Source: Macrostomum lignano
Lineage: Eukaryota
Assembly (NCBI GenBank): GCA_002269645.1
Contig: NIVC01001443.1
Span: 38,443-102,442 of the forward strand
Length of the DNA stretch: 64,000 bases
Direction of reading: 5' to 3'
The notes beneath the pieces were generated by a model, which saw nothing but the letters and a program-made list of their open reading frames with translations, did no database searches and was not told where the DNA came from. This document shows, piece after piece, positions 25,305 through 36,400 of the stretch. Within the stretch, counting starts at the first letter, position 1. Each line of letters starts with the position of its first letter. Position numbers and translations under genes: made by a program.

Positions 25305-28050
25305 CCCCTGAGAAAAGACACCTGGGACAATAGGACACCTGGGACAATAGGACACCTGAGACAAAAGGATGCCTGGGACAATAGGATACCTGGGACAATA
25401 GGATATCCTGGGACAATAGGACACCTGGGACAATAGGACACCTGGGACAATAGGACGCCTGGGACAATAAGACACCTGGGACAATAGGACACCTGGGACA
25501 ATAAGACACCTGGGACAATAAGACACCTGGGACAATAAGACACCTGGGACAATAAGACACCTGGGACAATAAGACACCTGGGACAATAAGACACCTGGGA
25601 CAATAGGACACCTGGGACAATAGGACACCTGGGACAATAAGACACCTGGGACAATAAGACACCTGGGACAATAGGACACCTGGGACAATAGGACACCTGG
25701 GACAATAAGACACCTGGGACAATAAGACACCTGGGACAATAAGACACCTGGGACAATAAGACACCTGGGACAATAAGAAACCTGGGACAATAAGAAACCT
25801 GGGACAATAGAACACCTGGGACAATAAGACACCTGGGACAATAAAACACCTGGCACAATAAGACACCTGGAACAAAAGACACCTGGGGCAATAGGACACC
25901 TGGGACAATAAGACACCTGGGACAATAAGACACCTGGGACAATAAGACACCTAGGACAATAAGACACCTGGGACAATAAGACACCTGGGACAATAGGACA
26001 CCTGGGACAATAGGACACCTGGGACAATAAGACACCTGGGACAATAAGACACCTGGGACAATAAGACACCTGGGACAATAGGGCACCTGGGACAATAAGA
26101 CACATGGGACAATAGGACCCTGGGACAATAAGACACATGGGACAATAGGACACCAGGGACAATAGGACACCAGGGACAATAGGACACCTGGGACAATAAG
26201 ATACCTGGGACAATAAGATACCTGGAAAAATGAGACAACTGGGACAATAAGACACCTGGGACAATAGGACACCCGGGACAATGAGACACCTGGGACAATA
26301 GGACACCAGGGACAATGAGACACCTGGGACAATAGGACAGCTTGGACAATAGGACACCTGGGACAATAGGACACCTGGGACAATAAGATACCTGGGACAA
26401 TAAGATACCTGGAAAAATGAGACAACTGGGACAATAAGACACCCGGGACAATGAGACACCTGGGACAATAGGACAGCTGGGACAATAAGACAGCTGGGAC
26501 AATAAGACACCTGGGACAATAGGACACCCGGGACAATGAGACACCTGGGACAATAGGACAGCTGGGACAATAGGACACCTGGGACAATAGGACACCTGGG
26601 ACAATAGGACAGCTGGGACAATAGGACACCTGGGACAGTAGGACACCTGGGACAGTAGGACACCTGGGACAAAAAGACACCTGGAACAATAGGACACCTG
26701 GAACAATAGGAAACCTGGGACAATAGGACACCTGGGACAATAGGACAGCTGGGACAATAGGACACCTGGGACAATAGGACAGCTGGGACAGTAGGACACC
26801 TGGGACAAAAAGACACCTGGAACAATAGGACACCTGGGACAAAAAGACACCTGAAACAATAGGACACCTGGGACAAAAAGACACCTGGAACAATAGGACA
26901 CCTGGGACAAAAAGACACCTGGGACAATAAGACACCTGGGACAAAAAGACACCTGGAACAATAGGACACCTGGGACAAAAAGACACCTGGAACAATAGGA
27001 CACCAGGGACAATGAGACACCTGGGACAATAGGACAGCTTGGACAATAGGACACCTGGGACAATAGGACACCTGGGACAATAAGATACCTGGGACAATAA
27101 GATACCTGGAAAAATGAGACAACTGGGACAATAAGACACCCGGGACAATGAGACACCTGGGACAATAGGACAGCTGGGACAATAAGACAGCTGGGACAAT
27201 AAGACACCTGGGACAATAGGACACCCGGGACAATGAGACACCTGGGACAATAGGACAGCTGGGACAATAGGACACCTGGGACAATAGGACACCTGGGACA
27301 ATAGGACAGCTGGGACAATAGGACACCTGGGACAGTAGGACACCTGGGACAGTAGGACACCTGGGACAAAAAGACACCTGGAACAATAGGACACCTGGGA
27401 CAAAAAGACACCTGGAACAATAGGACACCTGGGACAAAAAGACACCTGGAACAATAGGAAACCTGGGACAATAGGACACCTGGGACAATAGGACAGCTGG
27501 GACAATAGGACACCTGGGACAATAGGACAGCTGGGACAGTAGGACACCTGGGACAAAAAGACACCTGGAACAATAGGACACCTGGGACAAAAAGACACCT
27601 GGAACAATAGGACACCTGGAACAATAGGAAACCTGGGACAATAGGACACCTGGGACAATAGGACAGCTGGGACAATAGGACACCTGGGACAATAGGACAG
27701 CTGGGACAGTAGGACACCTGGGACAAAAAGACACCTGGAACAATAGGACACCTGGGACAAAAAGACACCTGAAACAATAGGACACCTGGGACAAAAAGAC
27801 ACCTGGAACAATAGGACACCTGGGACAAAAAGACACCTGGGACAATAAGACACCTGGGACAAAAAGACACCTGGAACAATAGGACACCTGGGACAAAAAG
27901 ACACCTGGAACAATAGGACACCTGGGACAAAAAGACACCTGGAACAATAGGAAACCTGGGACAAAAAGACACCTGGAACAATAGGAAACCTGGGACAAAT
28001 ATACACTTGGGACAAAAATACACTTGGGACAATAAGACACCTGGGACAAC
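25305..28050. repeat. 17-bp satellite, about 160 copies, with higher-order structure
   Basis: Unit ctgggacaata(g/a)gacac with recurrent variants. Confidence 0.97.
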
Positions 28051-28679
28051 AGGAAACTATAACAACTGATGACGGCTACGAGGGCACCAAGACACTTGGG
28101 TAGACAGGTCGCTAGACTGGGATACTGGGAGGCAAAGCAACTCAGTCAGAAGAGCTCTAACCTACCGCTAGCAGAATTGTGCAGCTCGGTGCTGCCTGCG
28201 AGCCGTCAACTTCGTCTGCTATTTCTGCTGGCAGCTGTCGCCTATGCCGCCACCTTGTCGCTGCTGATTCTGCATAGCGCTCTCAACGGCACCAACGGTA
28301 GTCGACGAAATTTGGTTGCTAACCTGCCGCTCCAGAGGGACGTGGCCTTGAAGAAGAGTCCGATCGCTCAGCAGCGACGGCTGAGTAGCGGTTTTTGGAT
28401 AAATAAAAGGCGCATTGCCTTACAAAACTGGCTCGCAGGGCAGCGGACTCGTCAGTGGTCTTCCGTAAAGCTGGCCAGCTCGACTTTGGCCACATTAAGC
28501 ACAGTCGGCTCGACAGGCAGGCCAGCAAGGAGACTACAGATTGAAGCAACTGAGAATGCTTGAAGAGACCACTGAAGGCGTGTAGGGAGATGGTAGATGG
28601 TGACGTGGATACGTGATGTGAGAGAGATAAGAGAGTAAGGATGAGGGATGGGGAGAGGGATTGAGGTGGAGGTGTGCGG

Positions 28680-29440
28680 AGTGGGTAGGGAGTGAGAGAG
28701 GCATGAGGATAGGGTAGGGAGTGAGAGAGGCATGGGAATAGGGTAGGGAGTGAGAGAGGCATGGGAATAGGGTAGGGAGTGAGAGAGGCATGGGAATAGG
28801 GTAGGGAGTGAGAGAGGCATGGGAATAGGGTAGGGAGTGAGAGGCATGGGAATAGGGTAGGGAGTGAGAGAGGCATGGGAATAGGGTAGGGAGTGAGAGA
28901 GGCATGAGGATAGGGTAGGGAGTGAGAGAGGCATGGGAATAGGGTAGGGAGTGAGAGAGGCATGGGAATAGGGTAGGGAGTGAGAGAGGCATCAGGATAG
29001 GGTAGGGAGTGAGAGAGGCATCAGGATAGGGTAGGGAGTGAGAGAGGCATGGAATAGGGTAGGGAGTGAGGCATGTGGGGATAGGGTAGGGAGTGAGAGG
29101 CATGGGAATAGGGTAGGGAGTGAGAGAGGCATGGGAATAGGGTAAGGAGTGAGAGTAGAATGAGGATAGGTTAAGGGAGTGAGAGGCATGGGAATAGGGT
29201 AGGGAGTGAGAGAAGCATGGGGATAGGGTAGGGAGTGAGAGAGGCATGGGAATAGGGTAGGGAGTGAGAGAGGCATGGGAATAGGGTAGGGAGTGAGGCA
29301 TGTGGGGATAGGGTAGGGAGTGAGAGGCATGGGGATAGGGTAGGGAGTGAGAGGCATGGGAATATGGTAGGGAGTGAGAGGCATGGGAATATGGTAGGGA
29401 GTGAGAGGCATGGGAATAGGGTAGGGAGTGAGAGAGGCAT
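28680..29440. repeat. 29-bp G-rich minisatellite
   Basis: Unit gggtagggagtgagagaggcatgggaata. Confidence 0.95.
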
Positions 29441-29939
29441 AAATTAAATTGATTTTAATACTTATGGAACAGGATTTCAGTGTGTATCATTAGATACTGA
29501 TGCTTTGTTTTCAATTCCGAAATTCTCCGTAATGAAGCACGACTGACACTTCTGCGTGACATAAATTTTCCGAGCCTCTAAATATAGCAGAACAGAAAAG
29601 GCATCTAATTTACAACTGGGCTTAAAATATGTTCTGAAGAGTCAGTCCTTCGCTAATTTGCGACAGACAGATGCTTTAGGCATGTCAGTCGGCACAGGTG
29701 GCATGACGGCTGCTTCCTGTGCTAGCAGTTTAGAATACTTCGCTCTTTCCTACAATTTCAGTGTTAGGCTAAAGTGGAGATAATTAGACTGCTATAAATG
29801 CACTCTCACAGAGAGACAGTTTATGCGTGCAGTTTAAACATCTGGGAGATTTCCGAAAACATGTTCTGTGCTTTTCCGTTTTCTATTTTCTGTGTTATGT
29901 GTCTCAGAATGGAAGATTCCTGCAGGGTGGGTTGTGAGG

Positions 29940-30580
29940 TGATACAGCTAGTAAGGCTTCAAGCAAAGGAGTGAGGCAGTTAAGTAAGGTGCCTAGCGAA
30001 TGACTGGGTTGTGGAGTGAAGCAGCTGTAGTAAGGCGCTAAGCAAAGGAGTGGGTTAAGGAGTGAGGCAGCTATAGTAAGGCGCTAAGCAAAGGAGTGGG
30101 TTAGCGAGTGAGGCAGCTATAGTAAGGCGCTAAGCAAAGGAGTGGGTTAAGGAGTGAGGCAGCTATAGTAAGGCGTCAAGCAAAGGAGTGGGGCAATTAA
30201 GTAAGGTGCCTAGCGAAGGGCTGGGTTGTGGAGTGAAGCAGCTATCAGGGTGTCCGCGCGAAATTCAATATCAATTTCCAGGTTTTTCCAGGTCGCGGAC
30301 ACCCTGCAGCTATAGTAAGGGGCTAAGCAAAGGAGTGGGTTGGGGAGTGAGGCAGCTATAGTAAGGCGCTAAGCAAAGGAGTGGGTTGGCGAGTGAGGCA
30401 GCTATAGTAAGGCGCTAAGCAAAGGAGTGGGTTGGGGAGTGAGGCAGCTATAGTAAGGCGCCAAGCGAAGGGCTGGGTTAGAGGGTGAGGCATCTAGTAA
30501 GGTGCCAAGCAAATGGGTTGGGGAGTGAGGCAGCCATAGTAGGGCGCTAAGCAAGGGCTGGGTTAGGGAGTGAGGCACAT
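29940..30580. repeat. 46-bp minisatellite
   Basis: Unit ggagtgaggcagctatagtaaggcgctaagcaaaggagtgggttaa. Confidence 0.9.
30246..30306. mobile_element. 61-bp miniature inverted-repeat insertion
   Basis: Perfect 13-bp TIR cagggtgtccgcg; 7-bp direct repeat cagctat at 30239-30245 and 30307-30313. Confidence 0.8.
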
Positions 30581-31102
30581 TATCAAGTTATAACATCTAA
30601 ATCAAATTATAAAAATTCTTCCTTCAACAAAAAAGATTTACTTCAGACAAGAGAATTGCCGCTGACAATAAAGTTTTAACCGGTATTATAATATATTATT
30701 ATAAAAAGCATACTTCATTACTGACAGTAGATAGCCGCATGTTTGGATTAATAATAATAATATTAATAGGACAGCTGATTTAATGTCGCAAATGGACAGA
30801 AACCGGGTAACATTAGCTTGAATTGGCATTAGTAGGATAGGTGTAACAAAGTAATTAATTTATTGAGTTTGTCATCATTACATCAAAATAATTACCACGG
30901 CATAAATAAAGGCTAGGCTAGTAAAATTAATCAATGTATTGTTAATCGAAAGTAGCTCGTTTTTGTAATTAAAGACAAACAATTTGCTGTTGAAACGTAA
31001 AAAAATCAACGAGACAGACAATCAGAAAGTACATTTAGTAATTAGTAAGCGACAGTTTACTTAAGTTTACTCGAGGAAACTGGCAGGCCGAGCTAAAGGC
31101 CG

Positions 31103-32132
31103 TCACTTGTAGCATCGAGAGGCCACGGCCTGGGTGCACTCCGCTGGCTTCGCGCCCTTGTAGGTGGAGCAGACTAGCTGGAGAAGGTTGGCCTCGGCCT
31201 GCTTCTGGATATCCTCGTTGTGCACCTGCGGGTGGGAGGTGGATGTTAGGTATACGGAGGTGAACTCTACGGCCATTCCTATTGGATGAAACAATTGTCA
31301 CGTGACTTCTATGAGCCAATAACGTCACACAAACCGATAGACGCTATTGATTGGCCGAGACAACAGTCACGTGACAATTGTTTCGTCCAATAGTGGCTCG
31401 TGTGACGTGTATACAGTGCCAATAGAAACGACAGAGTGAAATCGCTTTCAAACTACTCACCCCGTTGATGGTGACCCAGGGCACGTATTGAAGCGGCGGA
31501 TTGAGAGTTCGAGTTCGCTCGGCCATCCAGTGCTCGAGCTTGTCGCCCCACTCGTTGTGAGAGCAAGTGTTGATATGGTCCCAGCTGATGTTGAGCGCCA
31601 CCGCGCACTGCTCCGCCACCTGGAGCATGTTGTCGGCGGTGGAGCGCTCCTCCACGCAGGACAGGTAGGCCATCCAGCGGTCTGGCTTGTCATTCAGCAG
31701 TCCAATGGCGCAGGTCTCAACTTGGTTGCCCTCGCACTCAGCTGGGCCGTGCTGGCATTCGAAGATCCATCGGTGGCCCTTGATAGTCTCCTTGGCGTTG
31801 CCGTAGGGCACCACGTCGACCATCATGATGCCGGAGGCGTTCAACTTGCGCCAGGCGGGGTACAGCTGCTTATTAAAGAAGGCCTTGCAATCGGGGCAGA
31901 GGGACTCCATGTAAATGGTCACCTCCACCGGCTCGGCGGCCGTCCTCTGCACTCGTTTAGCAGATCGGCACTGGCTAGAAACTCCGCACGCTTCGGCGAC
32001 ATCGTCAGAGCCGCACCAGACTGACGGCGACTGGTTGCAATCGCGGTTGGGATTGCTGTTAAAACGCAGAACAGTGCTAGAGGCAAAAGCTGTGCAGGTG
32101 CATAGCATCAGAGCTGTCACTAACAGTTGCAT
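31103..32132 (-). CDS. ifi30: Gamma-interferon-inducible lysosomal thiol reductase (GILT/IFI30-like), 2 exons, about 264 aa
   Basis: Exon 1 32132-31461 (signal peptide, ESLCPDC active site, signature CQHGPAECEGNQVETC, YVPWVTING; donor gtgagt). Exon 2 31225-31103 (LVCSTY...C...CYK*). Confidence 0.93.
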
Positions 32133-33416
32133 CGCGTGTCTAATTAATAATTTATCCAGTGTTGATTCTAACTGGCCTGGCCTCTTAAGTATTGGTTGGG
32201 TCGATTAAATACAGTTGGTTGCGACTGACTCTTGAAAACCAGTTTGTGTTGTTCAAGTAAGAAAATAAAGGGCGGTTGGAGGGATGACTGTGACGCCGGA
32301 GCCAATGTACAGTGAGGCCGTACATTAAAACCCTGTCTAGGTCAAACCCCGCTGAGTGGAGCGTGAGTGTACACTGCAATTAATTGACCAGAAAGGGGGT
32401 TGAGTTCAGACCCCTGGCTGACCCTCTTGGCAAAACAAAGACAAGTAAGTGAAGGCACAACGAAGGAACGTAGAAAGGTTAGAAGGGTTTCAGCAATTCA
32501 GTTTATTGTATCGCATTGGGGTCTTTCCTATCCAGGGTCGAGTATGGTTTTCTGATACCTCCCCTAACAGCGCATTAGCCTGCTAGACTGATATTTTTTT
32601 AGATCTATCACGACACGAGTTAAACTTAATTCAGCATAAAGTGGAATGCCTCCTTGTTTATCGCTCTCTAATCTTTCAAATTTGAAACAGTTTGCAATGG
32701 AAGCAGCAAGTCGGACTTTGATATTGGAACGAGTTAATTTCCGATTTCCTGTTTAATACTGCTGGGCTTGCTTGCTACTGGTGACGCTCTGTTTGTTTAT
32801 CCAATTGCGAATTTTCCAATTCTGTAACCACCATCGTGTGAAGGCGTATCTTTGAAAGAAAACCATGCAGAGAAAAAATGCACGTCACGCTACTTACAAA
32901 AGTATGAAGAAATAAAATGAAATTAAGTCATCAAATTTTATCAAAGAACGAAGAACGTACTTAAATATTATAGACTTTTGCCTTAAGGGGATTTATTTTC
33001 TGCTTGTTCCAATCGTCTCCAATGTCCCATGAATTGGGATTTGTCGCCACGGCGAGCCAGTCAGAGGAAGTCTTCCTTTTGGTGAGTGAGAAAGGCGACC
33101 TAAGCCAAGCCGTCGAATTTCCTCTCTCCCGTCCCCTGCCCCGGGGCCCCATCCGATCCCTCGTACTACTAACTACTTCCCCATTCCGATTCCCCTCAAA
33201 GGCGCCGCTCCAAAAAAGATCTGCCTTTATAGCCAGAGCGCGGCCAGTCGAGCTTGGCACCCGAGCGCAGCCAGCACAGCCAGCATACAAGCCAGCCAGA
33301 GGAATATCTATTTCATTTAGTTTTAGCATAGCATATGTTTCTATAGAGTCCTTCTCTACTCCCGGGTGAAGCCACAGCCAGCTCTGACATTAAGCAACTG
33401 CGCCAAGTCTGCCGCG

Positions 33417-36400
33417 ATGCTGCAGCGAAGAGGCTTCCTGGCTCCGCAGAACACATTCTTGGACACGATTGCCACTAGATTCGATGGCACGCGTGAGTGG
33501 GGCAGTCAGACTGTATGGTTGTTATCATTTTCAAATGAAAAGCCTGGAGCTTCCATCTCGATCGTGGTATCTTTCGACCATAGACAAGAGCGTATCGTTC
33601 TGTCTTGTGCCGATCATGGTGTCTTTCGACCATAGGCAGGAGCGTATCTTTCTATCTTGTGCCGATCATGGTGTCTTTCGACCATAGGCAGGAGCGTATC
33701 TTTCTATCTTGTGTCGATCACGGTATCTTTCGACCATAGGCAGGAGCGTATCTTTCTATCTTGTGTCGATCACGGTATCTTTCGACCATAGGCAGGAGCG
33801 TATCTTTCTATCTTGTGCCGATCATGGTGTCTTTCGACCATAGGCAGGAGTGTATCTTTCTATCTTGTGTCGATCACGGTATCTTTCGACCATAGGCAGG
33901 AGCGTATCTTTCTATCTTGTGTCGATCACGGTATCTTTCGATCTTTCTATCTTGTGCCGATCATGGTATCTTTCGACCATAGACAGGAGCGTATCTTTCT
34001 ATCTTGTGCCGATCATGGTATCTTTCGACCATAGGCAGGAGCGTATCTTTCTATCTTGTGTCGATCACGGTATCTTTCGACCATAGACAGGAGTGTATCT
34101 TTCTATCTTGTGTCGATCACGGTATCTTTCGATCTTTCTATCTTGTGCCGATCATGGTGTCTTTCGACCATAGGCAGGAGCGTTGGCCCACCACAAAAAA
34201 ATTGGAAGCTGACTCAAGGACCACTGTGATATACGAGTGTAACAGGACGTAAAACTCGAACTAAATTAATTTTCTGTTTTTTTTTATAAGCCCAAAGTTG
34301 TATGCACTAGCTGTGTATGTTTGTATGTAGGAACTAGCTCGTAATATGCATTGAAATGGAATTATAACTACAATGATGGCTTAAAAGTATCTGCATGCAA
34401 CATTTTATCACAAATATACTTGATTCAAGAATGAACAAAACAAACAGCAAAGCTATTGCCACTTGTGAGTATTTACAACTCTGGGCTTATGAAATAAAAA
34501 GAAAAGCAATATGATAATAAAACTTTCACTTCACAGCTATATAAAATACGAGGCCAACTCCTCCGTTGGCGGAGTAAGGGGAAGAACTCCCATCGCCAGA
34601 ATTTCATTTTCTGAAATCCATCAGCTGAATCCAATGACACGAATCCCATCGTCCAAATCCTCTCCAAATCCTCTATTAAGCTCCCAAAAACCATGTTGTT
34701 TTACCTGTTTGCAAAAACTGACTGCCTGCCATCATCCAGACTGACTCTCGCCTGTCTCCTCTCTCCTCTTTGCTCTCTCATCTCTAATCTCTCCTATCTC
34801 CTCTCTGCTCTCATCTCCTCGCTTATCTATCATTTCTCATCTCCTCTCTCATCTCTCATCTCTACTCTCCTATCTCTCCTCTCTGCGCTCTCATATTTAC
34901 TCTCTTCTTTCTCCTCACTACTTTCTCCTCTACTTTTTCCTCTCTCCTCTTTTATCTCTTCTCTCTTCTCTCTCCTCTTTTATCTCCTGTCTGCTCACTC
35001 ATCTCTCTACTTTCTCCCCTCTCCTCTCTCTCTTATAATCTCGCTTCTCTCTCCTCTCTCTCCCCTCATCTCTACTCATTTATCTCTTCTCTCTCGTCTT
35101 TCGGCTCTACTCCCTCCTGTCTCCTCTTTCTCCTCTCTTACCCCCCTCTCCTCTCTCCTCTCAATTCCCTCATCTCTTCTCTCGCCTTTATTCTCTTTTT
35201 CTTTTCTCTAATCTGTCCCTTTTAATTCTCTCTGTTCATTTTCTCTTTCATCTAATCTTTTATCTTCTCTTTCCTTTTCTCTTTTCTCTATTCCATTTCA
35301 TTTAGCCATTTCATCCTCTCCATGAAACAGATACAAAATCCTCTTCGTTAAACTGCAATCCATCGTATATCATCTCATTCAAGCTACAATCCATCAATTT
35401 AAAAAAATATTATCTCTATCAAATTTCAGTCAATCAAGACTATGAAACTGAAGTTTATAAAAATATGCTTTTTACTTGTCTGGGTATACGTCAAAAAATC
35501 TTCCAAATCTTCCAAATCCTCCATAAAACCTCTGAAACCTCTGTTTTCTCATCTCTCCTTTCTCTTCTCGCTTCTCTCTCTTATCTCTTCTCTCCTGTCT
35601 TCTCTCAATTCTCTCTTATCTCTCCTCTTCTCTCTCATCTCTTATCTCTACTCGCTTATCTATCTACTCGGAAATCGTTTTTTCAATGCTGTGCTTTTTG
35701 TTTTCATATTTAAAGCAAATAACTTATATCCCCAAACTCAGCGTTGCAAGATCTTTCCAGCAATATAATTCTCTCCTCTCAAAGTTTAAAACTCAAAAAC
35801 CTCGAGGTTAGGACCACAAACACTAGCTCATGGACTTCTATACTTAGCATAGATGCTAAGTATAGAAGTCCATGACTAGCTGTTGCGAGCAGCAGAAGCT
35901 ACAGTCTATGGTAAAAAACCCCGGGAGTTTTGCGCTGCGACCAGAAAACGCTGGAGTGGCCCATATATGTATATAGAATCAGTGCTATTAGGTGCATTGG
36001 ATTTTCTACAGCCTATATAATTGTATGAAGAAGTAATTGCACTAAAGTGAAGCAGAACGACTTTCCTTACCTCCGTTTGAAAATCATTCCTATTTTTTAT
36101 CGCCCATTCTTGGAAATTTCCTTCAAGCAGTTTTGGGGGACCCAGTTTTACGACACCCACTGCGCGGCCGGTGCGCCTTGCCTTGAGGCATCCAGCGCAT
36201 TCTCTAGAATTCTCCGTATACTCTGCTTCCTGTTGCTGGGCAATTACTAGGCTCTACTAGACTCAAGCCCCGAGGCGAATTGCTATTGACTCGCTCATAA
36301 TAAATATTGCTGCAAGAGTTAAAAGTTCATTGTGATGCCATTTTATGAGTTGCGACAGTGAGAGGCAGAGAAAGAGAGACAATATTAGGAGATTGTGAAA

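Noticed and set aside
25215-28049. Minus-strand ORFs of 690-940 aa
   Set aside because: Translations of the 17-bp satellite.
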